Assembly: GCA_965220085.1 (NCBI GenBank)
Contig: CBDCOZ010000003.1
Location: 1,664,001 to 1,728,000 of the forward strand
Reading direction: 5' to 3'
Length of the DNA: 64,000 nt
Source of the DNA: Candidatus Oxydemutatoraceae bacterium
GTDB lineage: Bacteria; Pseudomonadota; Gammaproteobacteria; Poriferisulfidales; Oxydemutatoraceae
The notes under the pieces were generated by a model. That model was given only the letters and a program-made list of their open reading frames with translations, was not told the DNA's origin and did not search any database. Below, piece after piece: positions 10,966 to 20,938 of the stretch; positions within the stretch are counted from its first letter, which is position 1, and each line of letters opens with the position of its first letter. The position numbers were made by a program, and so were the translations under genes.

Positions 10966-12607
10966 CTACCGCAACGGGCCTTCCAGGAAAAGGCGCAGGC
11001 GCAAGCGCAAGCGTTGCTCCAGATTTATCGTGATGGTGGCGGCATGGGCGCTGGTATTGCGGGTGATGGGTTGGCCAGCGTCATCAAGGTCGCCGCTCGG
11101 TTCATCGCCATCGTCGGTTACTTTGAAGGTGAATGCGGCATAGCCGCTCTGGACGCTCTGCCCGTCCGCCGGCCAGTAGGCGATGGCGCCGATGTTGGCG
11201 GCGGCCACGCGCTGACCGACAGTGGCGTCGGCGCCGCCTACCCGCAGGGTGCCGGCATCCGGCAGGCTGGCAATCTCCACGCTGGCCAAGTTGTCGCCGT
11301 CCTCATCATCAAAGGGAAAGTCTCTGATTGCGAACCTGAAAGGCCGGTTCATCGTGGCATCCGCCGACACATTTATCGTGCGGTCCCGGGGTATGGGCGC
11401 ATCGCTGGCGTTGTGCACCCGGGCGGCGGCGGAGCACAGCCCCGTCACAGTCTCCGGCATGGCGTGAAGATCTCTATAACTGACGCAGACGCGGATGTAC
11501 AGGCCGATATGCTCCAGCATGGGGGTGAATGAATCGCCAGTGGTACCGGGTATGGCGGTGAAAGTGCCGTTTATGGCGGCGGATGACCGCCATTCCCACT
11601 CAAGTGTGCGCAAGTCTATGCCATTGGGCTCCACTATGCCCTCTCTTCTGGCAAACAGTGCGGTATCTTCGGCGTAGGTCGGGGCTTCAACAGCGGTGGG
11701 GTTGCCGGGGTTGGTGACTATGGTGGGCCTGCCGCTGGTGGCAACCTGGGCTGTCGATACCAGACGGATAAAGATTTGGTTGGTGGTTCTGGAGGCCATG
11801 TTGCTGGTGCCATCGCTGCCATCATCGGTCACACCGAAAGCGATGATATCGTACGAGGCATTGGCATCATCAGGGTCGGTGGGTTGCTGGCCCGGCTCCG
11901 GGTAATAGGTCAGAGCGCCGGCATTCAGTTGGGCCACAGTTATGGGGTTTTCGGGGACGGCGGTCAGGGCCGTGCCATTCAGGGCCAGGGTGCCATTATT
12001 GGGCACTCGATTCAGGGTGACACTGGCCAGCATGTCGTTATCGGCATCCTCAAAAGTGAAGTCGGTTGACGGGAGCACATAGGGGTTCGCGGAAGTGGCG
12101 GTGGTCGCCACCGAAATGAAGTTGGCGGTGGGCATCGGCCGGTCATTGATGTTGGCCACGGCGGTGGCTATCTGGTTGCATCGCTGCTCGTCATTGCCGC
12201 CGCTGTCGGTGAACGATGCGCAGACCCGCAGAAACTTGCCCACCTCGTCATCGCCCGGAGTGAAGGCGGCCCTGTCCGCGCCGACGATGTCGGTATAGAT
12301 GCCGCCATTGCTATCGGCCGCACTCCACTGCCAGGCCAGGGTGCCGACCGTGGTGGTTGGCGTATTGTCCGGGTCTTCTATGCCGCCTTGGGATGCGGTG
12401 ATGGCGGAGTCTTCGGTGGGAGCGGCTATGCCGCTGGCGTAGGCGACCATCGGCATGCCGGTAGCATTGTCCTGTGCCTGTGCTTGAGTAGATACGATGA
12501 GGAAAGCGAGCAACAAGAGCGGGCAGAGACCGCACCCGCTCAGGTCAATTCGGCACGGGGGGGGGGGGGGGGGGGGGGGGCATCAGTATTAAAATTTGTT
12601 GTTTCAT
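10966..12607 (-). CDS. FLEGPLR-tail family member 1: secreted tandem Ig/cadherin-like protein; frameshifted at G24 tract (uninterrupted ORF 10966-12516)
   Basis: AGGA-preceded ATG at 12607 (MKQQILILM) is 1 nt out of frame; C23 gives an open read into LLLAFLIVSTQAQA-Q. Two WQW..I.GA...FTP..DVG..RVC domains and two DF.F.DAD.D.LASV domains; ends RLRLRLRLFLEGPLR. Confidence 0.8.
12557..12580. repeat. G24 homopolymer (poly-C on coding strand) in leader of member 1
   Basis: Counted directly. Confidence 0.9.
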
Positions 12608-13126
12608 ATCTATTATTCCTATGACAGTCTGTATATCACGAATGCAGTCGTGCGATGAGTTCTGCGCACTCTGCCACAAAATGCAAGTCATCTATCAGTT
12701 TCTGTATCTCCTGCTTCTAGCAAATTTAATTATACGTTATATGTCCACAAACTGTTTGCAGACTGTTTAATATTGCACTATACCACAAGTTCGGTCATTT
12801 GCAAATTGGATTGAAATCTAGGTTTTATCTAGGTTTGTGTCGCACTATACCACAAAGTGCGAATCATGCAAGCGCTTGTTTGATGCCATGACATAGCGGA
12901 CATCTGGGGCAGACATTGTGTGTCATTGGCGCTTGCACGGTATCCATGGCAATGCAATCTCAGGATGCGTTGCCTTAAAACCCATGCCGACGCAAGGGTT
13001 CTGGAGCCTGATTCGTTATCCATGGCAATGCGCGCGATGCGCTGCCCTGAAACCCTTGCCAAGACGGGGCTTGCGGTGTGCTATGCCGCCCCCCAGAATA
13101 CTCGCCTGCTCCGCAGATTACTCGCG
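12582..13126. repeat. Upstream block, copy 1 of 3 (also 15378-15853 and 20276-about 20567)
   Basis: Near-identical AT-richer sequence precedes members 1, 3 and 7; copy 1 has an extra internal duplication of about 72 bp. Confidence 0.9.
12777..12871 (-). promoter_or_regulatory. Two tandem sigma70-like promoters (TTGCAW-N16-TATAGT with extended -10 TG)
   Basis: Minus strand reads TTGCATgattcgcactttgTGgTATAGT (12871-12844) and TTGCAAatgaccgaacttgTGgTATAGT (12804-12777); same pair at 15573-15667 and 20472-20566. Confidence 0.55.
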
Positions 13127-13978
13127 CTATCGCAACGGGCCTTCCAGGAAAAGGCGCAACCGCAAGCGTATATCAGGCGGCAACTGTGTCACCTGATGAG
13201 CGTCTGTGCTACACAGCGGCCCTTCCGATGCGGGCATGGAAAACTGATCCTTGAAAGAAACACAGGCGCGGACGTACCTGCCCAGTTGTGCGGCAGTCGG
13301 TGCGAAATCTGAGGAATAAGTAGCGCCCGCTATGTCGCTGTAAGCACTGGGTGCGGGAACACCGCTGGCGGGGGCGTCGGCCTGTTGCCACTGCCAACTC
13401 AAGGTGCTGACATCAATGCCGTTGAGGTCCGTCACACCGGTGATGGAAGCGCTAATCCGGTGCGTGTCTGTGGCGGTGGCGATTGCGGGCGCGCCGCTGG
13501 CGGCCGTCTGCGCGAGGGCCCCAATCAGATTGATGGTCATGGTGGCCTTGCTATCGACACCCCCAGTCTGTATCGCAAAGGTAAAACTGTCGTAACCGTT
13601 GGCGACAGAGATGGCAGTGACCGGGGGGGTGTAGGAGACACCCTGGCTACTACTCGTTCCGGTGAGGTCAGAGGCGAGGTATATAAATGTCTGACCATCA
13701 CCGTCACCTGCGAGTGCCACCATGATATTGGTCCGGATATCTATCAGCCTGCCATTGGCGGGGTAGGAGAAGACCAGCACAGCGCCACTGGTAAGACCGA
13801 AATCTGCGGCGGTGAAGTAATATGTGCCGCCGCCAATCGGGACATCAACACTCTGGTCTGTCGCCTGGGCATAAACATGGGTTGCGCCCAATGCCAAGGG
13901 CAGAATCAGCAGAATAAGCAACCGACGGCTAAGCCGGGTTAGTGTTCGGGGGGCAGTATCAAAAATTTGGCAGTTCAT
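13127..13978 (-). CDS. FLEGPLR-tail family member 2 (283 aa): signal peptide, variable domain, Cys-pair Ig domain
   Basis: AGGAGA RBS before ATG 13978; LLILLILPLALGATHVYA-Q signal; ends DIRLRLRLFLEGPLR. Confidence 0.85.
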   Translation of the reverse strand: MNCQIFDTAPRTLTRLSRRLLILLILPLALGATHVYAQATDQSVDVPIGGGTYYFTAADFGLTSGAVLVFSYPANGRLIDIRTNIMVALAGDGDGQTFIYLASDLTGTSSSQGVSYTPPVTAISVANGYDSFTFAIQTGGVDSKATMTINLIGALAQTAASGAPAIATATDTHRISASITGVTDLNGIDVSTLSWQWQQADAPASGVPAPSAYSDIAGATYSSDFAPTAAQLGRYVRACVSFKDQFSMPASEGPLCSTDAHQVTQLPPDIRLRLRLFLEGPLR

Positions 13979-14085
13979 AGTATTTCTCCTGATGGTTTGG
14001 GTTTCGTGAATGCGGTTGTGCAATGAGTCGCACCATCTCTTGTGCGCCTCATAACACTCTCCTTTTCCGCCGTAGGTTACTTGCA

Positions 14086-15404
14086 TCATCGCAGGGGGCC
14101 CTCAAGGAAGAGACGCAACCGCAAGCGCAGATTTGAGATGCCGCTATCCGCGCCAGTCTCTATGCCAAAGGTCAGTGTGCCTGTATCGCCGTCTGCGTCG
14201 GTGGCGGTGAGGGTATAGGCGGTCTTGGCAACCGTAGCGGTGGGGGTGCCGCTTATGGTGCGGGTGGCTGCGGTGAAACTGAGGCCCGCGGGCAAGGCCG
14301 GGGTCAGGCTGTATGTGACAGCGCCATTGCCGCCGGTCGCCGCAGGCAGAATCAAGTCGGTGATGGCCTTGCCGGTCACCCAGACCTGATCCGCCACCGA
14401 TGTATTGTCGAAGAAGGGCACATTGGATACCAGTACGCCAGTGCTACACAGCTCTGAGGATGCCGGAGCGGAGAACTGGTCCATGAATGCGGCGCAAACC
14501 CGCAGGTACTTGCTCGCGTGTGCGGCAAGGGGTGTGAAGTTTGAGGAAATTGTGCCTCTGGCAACGGTTATATCGCTGTAGGCACTGATTGCATTGGCGC
14601 CAACGCCTATCACATCGGCCTGCTGCCACTTCCAGGTCAGGGTGGCGACATCAATGCCGTTGGGCTCCGTCACACCGGCGATGGATGCCGTAAGCAGCAC
14701 ACCGGTGTTATAGGCGGTGGCGCCCATGGCGGCCGCAACAGTGGGCGCGCCGCTGGCGGCCGTCTGCGTGGATGCTCCCACCAGATTGATGGTCACGGTG
14801 GCCGTGGTATGGTTGGCACCGACATGCAACTCAAAGATGAAGCTGTCATAACCGTTGGCGACAGAGATGGCAGCGGTCGGGGGCCTGTATTCGACGGTTC
14901 CGACTCCAGTGGAGAACTCAATCGGGAAATATGCATCTGTATTATCGTCATCAACACTTGAAACGCCCACGTCTCGCACAAGACTGGTATCAAATAACCT
15001 GCCATGAGTGGGTTGGGTTTGGAACATCAGTATTTGGGAGTCAAGACCGCCGAAATCTATTTTCCTGAGCACATATCCGTTGCTTCCAATAGTGACATCA
15101 ACACTGGTGTCCGAGGCTTGAGCGTTAGCCTGTGTCGCGCCCAATGCCAGACACAGGACCAACAGGCAACGCATGAGCGGATCCGACCACAGTCCGGCAG
15201 GCAGGCGGACCGCAACAGACCGCAACCACGACAACAGACCGCGCACAGCCGGGCGGCGCGACCGCTTTGCGGATGGCGGGTTGCTATGTGCGGGTGATAA
15301 AAAACGGGTGAGAAGGCGATACGGCGAAACGCCGGCAATCCCCTTACTTACAAAGCTGCGGGGGGGGGGGGGGGGGGTATCAGTATTAAAATTTGTTGTT
15401 TCAT
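14086..15404 (-). CDS. FLEGPLR-tail family member 3: variable domain, Cys-pair Ig, He_PIG-like Ig; frameshifted at G18 tract (in-frame alternative ATG 15174)
   Basis: AGGAGAG-preceded ATG 15404 needs C16 or C19; LPAGLSF.AATRTISGTPT putative-Ig motif; ends NLRLRLRLFLEGPLR. Confidence 0.8.
15360..15377. repeat. G18 homopolymer in leader of member 3
   Basis: Counted directly. Confidence 0.9.
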
Positions 15405-15853
15405 ATCTGTCTCTCCTGTGACAGTCTGTATATCGTGAATGCAGTCGTGCGATGAGTGCGGTGTGCTCTGCACAAAATGCAAGTCATCTATCAGTTTCTG
15501 TATCTCCTGCTTCTAGCAAATTTAATTATACGTTATATGTCCACAAACTGTTTGCAGACTGTTTAATATTGCACTATACCACAAGTTCGGTCATTTGCAA
15601 ATTGGATTGAAATCTAGGTTTTATCTAGGTTTGTGTCGCACTATACCACAAAGTGCGAATCATGCAAGCGCTTGTTTGATGCCATGACATAGCGGACATC
15701 TGGGGCAGACATTGTGTGTCATTGGCGCTTGCACGGTATCCATGGCAATGCAATCTCAGGATGCGTTGCCTTAAAACCCTTGCCAAGACGGGGCTTGCGG
15801 TGTGCTATGCCGGTCCCCAGAATACTCGCCTGCTCCGTCGCAGATTACTCGCG

Positions 15854-17005
15854 CTATCGCAACGGACCCTCAAGAAAGAGCCGCAGCCGCAAGCGCAGAT
15901 TTGAGATGCCGCGATCCGCGCCCGTCTCTATGCCAAAGGTCAGCGTGCTTGTATCGCCGTCTGCGTCGGTGGCGGTGAGAGCATAGGCGGTCTTGGCAAC
16001 CGTAGCGGTGGGGGTGCCGCTGATGGTGCGGGTGGCTGCGGTGAAACTGAGTCCCGCGGGCAGGGCCGGGGTCAGGCTGTACGTGACAGCGCCATTGCCG
16101 CCGGTCGCCGCAGGCAGAACCAGGTCGGTGATGGCCTTGCCGGTCGCCCAGACCTGATCCGCCACCGATGTATTGTCGAAGAAGGGCACATTGGATACCA
16201 GTACGCCAGCGCTACACAGCGGCCCTTCCGATGCGGGCGTGGAGAACTGGTCCATGAATGCGGCGCAAACCCGCAGGTACTTGCTCGCGTGTGCGGCAAG
16301 GGGTGTGAAGTTTGAGGAAATTGTGCCTGTGACAGTGGTTATATCGCTGTAGGCGCTGATTGCATTGGCGCCAATGCCTATAATATCGGCCTGCTGCCAC
16401 TTCCATGCCAGAGTGCCGACATTGATGCCGTTGGGCTCAGTCACACCTGTGATGGAGGCAACCAGCGGCACACCGGTGTTATAGGCGGTGGCGGTTGTGG
16501 CGGCCGCAACAGTGGGCGCGCCGGTAGCGGTCATCTGCGTGAGTGCCCCCACCATGTTGATGGTCACGGTGGCCGTGGTATGGTTGCCACCGACATGCAA
16601 CTCAAAGATGAAGCTGTCATAACCGCTGACGACAGAGATGGCAGTGGCCGGGGGCCTGTATTCGACACGATGGGTTCCGCCAGAGAAATCGATCGGGAAA
16701 TATCCATCCGCCTGATCGCCATAAACACTTGAAACCGCCACGTCTCGCATATCATTGGTATTATACAACCTGCCATGAGTGGGTTGGGTTTGGTATCTCA
16801 GTGTTTGGGAAACAAAACCGCCGATATCTGTTTTCTCGAGTGTATACCCACTGCTTCCAATAGCGACATCAACACTGGTGTCCGAGGCTTGAGCGTTGGC
16901 CTGTGTCGCGCCCAATGCCAAGGGCAGAATCAGCGACCAGCGGCTAAGCCGCGTCATCGTTGCCCGCCGGTGCCGGGGGGCGGTATCAGAAATTGGGTAG
17001 TTCAT
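15854..17005 (-). CDS. FLEGPLR-tail family member 4 (383 aa), close paralogue of member 3 with a different leader
   Basis: AGGAGA RBS before ATG 17005; signal ..LPLALGATQANA-Q; He_PIG-like domain; tail motif. Confidence 0.85.
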   Translation of the reverse strand: MNYPISDTAPRHRRATMTRLSRWSLILPLALGATQANAQASDTSVDVAIGSSGYTLEKTDIGGFVSQTLRYQTQPTHGRLYNTNDMRDVAVSSVYGDQADGYFPIDFSGGTHRVEYRPPATAISVVSGYDSFIFELHVGGNHTTATVTINMVGALTQMTATGAPTVAAATTATAYNTGVPLVASITGVTEPNGINVGTLAWKWQQADIIGIGANAISAYSDITTVTGTISSNFTPLAAHASKYLRVCAAFMDQFSTPASEGPLCSAGVLVSNVPFFDNTSVADQVWATGKAITDLVLPAATGGNGAVTYSLTPALPAGLSFTAATRTISGTPTATVAKTAYALTATDADGDTSTLTFGIETGADRGISNLRLRLRLFLEGPLR

Positions 17006-17112
17006 CGTATTTCTCCTTCTGGTTTGGGTTTCGTGAATGCGGTTGTGCAATGAGTCGCACCATCTCTTGTGCGCCTCATAACATTCTCCTTTTCCGCCGT
17101 AGGTTACTCGCA

Positions 17113-17979
17113 TCATCGCAACGGGCCCTCAAGAAAGAGGCGCAACCGCAAGCGTATATCAGGCGGCAACTCTGTCACCTGAGTGCCGGCGCTACACAGC
17201 GGCCCTTCCGGTTCCGGCGTGTCATGCTGATCCATAAAAGAAACACAGGCGCGCACATACCTGCCCAGTTGGGCGGCAGTCGGTGCGAAGAGGGAAGAAG
17301 TGGCATCCTCTATGTCAACAATGTAGTCGCTGGGTGCGGGAACACCGCTGGCGGGGGCGTCGGCCTGTTGCCACTGCCAGCTTAGGGTGCCGACATCAAT
17401 GCCGTTGAGGTCCGTCACACCGGTGATGGAAGCGCTGATCCGGTGCGTGTCTGTGGCGGTGGTGATTTTGGGCGCGCCGCTGGCGTCCGTCTGCGTGGAT
17501 GCGCCCACCAGATTGATGGTCATGGTGGCCCTGATATGGTTGCCGAAGGAACGTGTCTCAAAGATGAAGCTGTCGTAACCGTTGACGACAGAGACGGCAG
17601 CGGCCGGGGGCCTGTACTCCATAGTACCGGTTCCGCCGGAGCCGGTGAAATCGGCGCTCCAGAAATGTGCATCCCCGCCATCATCATCACCTAAAACGTC
17701 CACGTCTCGGTTAAGAGAGACATTAAACACCCTGCCATGAGTGGGTTGGGAGTAGAGATACAAAGTTCCATGGGTGGATCCAAAACCGCCGAAATCTGTA
17801 CGCTTAAATACATATGCGCCGCCAATCGGGACATTAACACTGCTGGCTTGAGCTTGAGCGTTGGCCTGTGTCGCGCCCAATGCCAAGGGCAGAATCAGCA
17901 GAATAAGCGACCGGCGGCTAAGCCGGGTCATCGTTGTCCGCCAGCACCGGGGGGCAGTATCAAAAATTTGGCAGTTCAT
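17113..17979 (-). CDS. FLEGPLR-tail family member 5 (288 aa)
   Basis: AGGAGA RBS before ATG 17979; signal peptide; variable plus Cys-pair Ig domain; tail motif. Confidence 0.85.
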   Translation of the reverse strand: MNCQIFDTAPRCWRTTMTRLSRRSLILLILPLALGATQANAQAQASSVNVPIGGAYVFKRTDFGGFGSTHGTLYLYSQPTHGRVFNVSLNRDVDVLGDDDGGDAHFWSADFTGSGGTGTMEYRPPAAAVSVVNGYDSFIFETRSFGNHIRATMTINLVGASTQTDASGAPKITTATDTHRISASITGVTDLNGIDVGTLSWQWQQADAPASGVPAPSDYIVDIEDATSSLFAPTAAQLGRYVRACVSFMDQHDTPEPEGPLCSAGTQVTELPPDIRLRLRLFLEGPLR

Positions 17980-19680
17980 AGTATTTCTCCTAATGGTTTG
18001 GGTTTCGTGAATGCGGTTGCAATGAGTCGCACCATAAACAATCCGCAAACAGTTGATGGAGCACAATACTTAATTGTTTGTGCCTCATTAAATGTTGCTT
18101 GTGTACATAACTCACAAAGCGCAAGTCATCCACAAGTATCTTTGTATCCTGTCTCATCCTCTTGTGCACCTCATAACTATCCTTCTCCGCAGCTACGCAC
18201 TACCGCAACGGGCCTTCAAGGAAAAGGCGCAGGCGCAGGCGTATATCAGGCGGTAGCTCTGTCACCCGAGTGCCGGCGCTACACAGCGGCCCTTCCGGTT
18301 CCGGCGTGTCATGCTGATCCATAAAAGAAACACAGGCGCGCACATACCTGCCCAGTTGGGCGGCAGTCGGTGCGAAGAGGGAAGAAGTGGCATCCTCTAT
18401 GTCAACAATGTAGTCGCTGGGTGCGGGAACACCGCTGGCGGGGGCGTCGGCCTGTTGCCACTGCCAGCTTAGGGTGCCGACATCAATGCCGTTGAGGTCC
18501 GTCACACCGGTGATGGAAGCGCTAATCCGGTGCGTGTCTGTGGCGGTGGTGATTTTGGGCGCGCCGGTAGCGGCCGTCTGCGTGGATGCTCCCACCAGGT
18601 TGATGGTCATGGTGGCCATCGTATCGACACCCCCAGTCAGTATCGAAAAGGTAAAACTGTCGTAACCGTTGGCGACAGAGATGGCAGTGGCCGGGGGTGT
18701 GTAGGAGACACCCTGGCTGTTAGCCGTTCCGGTGAGGTCAAAAGCGAAGTATGCAAACGTCTGACCATCACCGTCACCTGCGAGTGCCACCATGATATTG
18801 TTCCGGATATCTATCAGCCTGCCATTGGCGGGGTGGGAGAAGAACCGCACAGCGCCACTGGTAAGACCGAAATCTGCGGCAGTAAAGTAATATGTGCTGC
18901 CGCCAATCGGGACATTAACACTCTGGTCCGTCGCCTGGGCATAAACATAGGTTGCGCCCAATGCCAAGGGCAGAATCAGCAGAATAAGCGACCGGCGGCT
19001 AAGCCGGGTCATCGTTGTCCGCCAGCACCGGGGGGCAGTATCAAAAATTTGGCAGTTCATAGTATTTCTCCTAATGGTTTGGGTTTCGTGAATGCGGTTG
19101 CAATGAGTCGCACCATAAACAATCCGCAAACAGCTGATGGAGCACAATACTTAATTGTTTGTGCCTCATTAAATGTTGCTTGTGTACATAACTCACAAAG
19201 CGCAAGTCATCCACAAGTATCTTTGTATCCTGTCTCATCCTCTTGTGCACCTCATAACTATCCTTCTCCGCAGCTACGCACTACCGCAACGGGCCTTCAA
19301 GGAAAAGGCGCAGGCGCAGGCGTATATCAGGCGGTAGCTCTGTCACCCGAGTGCCGGCGCTACACAGCGGCCCTTCCGGTTCCGGCGTGTCATGCTGATC
19401 CATAAAAGAAACACAGGCGCGCACATACCTGCCCAGTTGGGCGGCAGTCGGTGCGAAGAGGGAAGAAGTGGCATCCTCTATGTCAACAATGTAGGCGATG
19501 GGTGCGGGAACACCGCTGGCGGGGGCGTCGGCCTGTTGCCACTGCCAGATTAGGGTACCGACATCAATGCCGTTGAGGTCCGTCACACCGGTGATGGAAG
19601 CGCTAATCCGGTGCGTGTCTGTGGCGGTGGTGATTTTGGGCGCGCCGGTAGCGGCCGTCTGCGTGGATGCCCCAACCATG
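17875..19680. repeat. Near-identical direct repeat of about 720 bp, period 1081 (about 17875-18600 and 18956-19680)
   Basis: Starts 17979/19060 and stops 18200/19281 are both 1081 apart, with matching intervening text. Confidence 0.9.
18200..19060 (-). CDS. FLEGPLR-tail family member 6 (286 aa)
   Basis: AGGAGA RBS before ATG 19060; variable domain of member-2 type; 3' half nearly identical to members 5 and 7. Confidence 0.85.
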   Translation of the reverse strand: MNCQIFDTAPRCWRTTMTRLSRRSLILLILPLALGATYVYAQATDQSVNVPIGGSTYYFTAADFGLTSGAVRFFSHPANGRLIDIRNNIMVALAGDGDGQTFAYFAFDLTGTANSQGVSYTPPATAISVANGYDSFTFSILTGGVDTMATMTINLVGASTQTAATGAPKITTATDTHRISASITGVTDLNGIDVGTLSWQWQQADAPASGVPAPSDYIVDIEDATSSLFAPTAAQLGRYVRACVSFMDQHDTPEPEGPLCSAGTRVTELPPDIRLRLRLFLEGPLR

Positions 19681-20302
19681 TTGATGGTCATGGTGGCCGT
19701 GGTCTCGACGCCACCTCTAAGTATCACGAAGATGAAGCTGTCATAACCGTTGACGTCAGAGATGGCAGCGGTCGGGGGCCTGTATTCGATATCACCGGTT
19801 CCGCCAGAACCAGAGAAATCGCCCCAGAAATATGTATCCAAAAAGCCATCATCAACACCTGAAACGGCCAAGTTTTCGTTAAGAGAGACATCAAACACCC
19901 TGCCATGAGTGGGTTGGGTGTAGAGAAACAAACTTCTGCCGGATCCAAAACCGCCGAAATCCGTACGCTTGAATACATATGCGCCGCCAATCGGGACATT
20001 AACACTGCTGGCTTGAGCCTGAGCGTTGGCCTGGGTTGCGCCCAATGCCAGGCACAGGGCCAGCAGGCAACGCATGAGCGGACCCGACCACAGTCCGGCG
20101 GGCAGGCGGACCGCAACAGACCGCAGCCACAACAACAGACCGCGCACAGCCGGGCGGCGCGACCGCTTTGCGGATGGCGGGTTGCGATGTGCGGGTGATA
20201 AAAAGCGGGTGAGAAGGCGATACGGCGATACGCCGGCAATCCCCTTACTTACAAGGCTGCGGGGGGGGGGGGGGGTATCAGTATTAAAATTTGTTGTTTC
20301 AT
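19281..20302 (-). CDS. FLEGPLR-tail family member 7; frameshifted at G15 tract (in-frame alternative ATG 20075)
   Basis: AGGAGAG-preceded ATG 20302 needs C16 or C13; variable domain of member-5 type; tail motif. Confidence 0.8.
20261..20275. repeat. G15 homopolymer in leader of member 7
   Basis: Counted directly. Confidence 0.9.
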
Positions 20303-20642
20303 ATCTATCTCTCCTATGACAGTCTGTATATCGTGAATGCAGTCGTGCGATGAGTTCTGCGCACTCTGCCACAAAATGCAAGTCATCTATCAGTTTCTGT
20401 ATCTCCTGCTTCTAGCAAATTTAATTATACGTTATATGTCCACAAACTGTTTGCAGACTGTTTAATATTGCACTATACCACAAGTTCGGTCATTTGCAAA
20501 TTGGATTGAAATCTAGGTTTTATCTAGGTTTGTGTCGCACTATACCACAAAGTGCGAATCATGCAAGTGCCTTTGTATCCTGCCTCTCTCCCCTTGTGTG
20601 CGCCCCCAGAATACTCGCCTGCTCCGCCGCCGGGTATTCGCA

Positions 20643-20735
20643 TTATCGCAGGGGACCTTCAAGGAAGAGGCGCAGGCGCAAGCGTATATCAGGCGGCAAC
20701 TCTGCCACCAGACTGCCTGTGCTACACAGCGGCCT
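20643..20735 (-). pseudogene. Orphan 3' fragment of an FLEGPLR-tail gene (PLCSTGSLVAELPPDIRLRLRLFLEGPLR)
   Basis: Last 30 or so codons match the ends of members 2/5/6/7; upstream sequence is unrelated and lacks a signal peptide. Confidence 0.8.
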
Positions 20736-20938
20736 TTCGGGGCGGGCACCTCCGGCGGGGATAGCGCGGAAATAGGCGGTATTGCTACCTCCGCCGCTTT
20801 TGCCGTGTGAAAATAGCGATTCGGCATCGCCGTTTTGCGACACCTTCCGTTGGCCGGGTAGCGTCGGGTATGTCGGTCCCGACTCTGAGTACGGGTATAT
20901 AATGGCGATAACATTTTCCACTACGGGACATCTCAATC

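Noticed and set aside
13979-14089. ORF-track N-terminal extensions of family members (MMQVTYGG.., MCSINCL.., MHFVAEC.., MRNRIRET..)
   Set aside because: Each runs through spacer DNA upstream of a strong AGGAGA RBS plus ATG that yields a proper signal peptide
13127-20302. Diversity-generating retroelement
   Set aside because: No reverse transcriptase in the window; differences between paralogues involve all bases and indels rather than adenine-only changes; variation is N-terminal
10966-20735. Integron cassette array
   Set aside because: No integrase; the TAAC...GTTA pair in one trailer type spans only about 28 bp, too short for attC, and is not conserved; the genes are paralogues with their own promoter-like blocks
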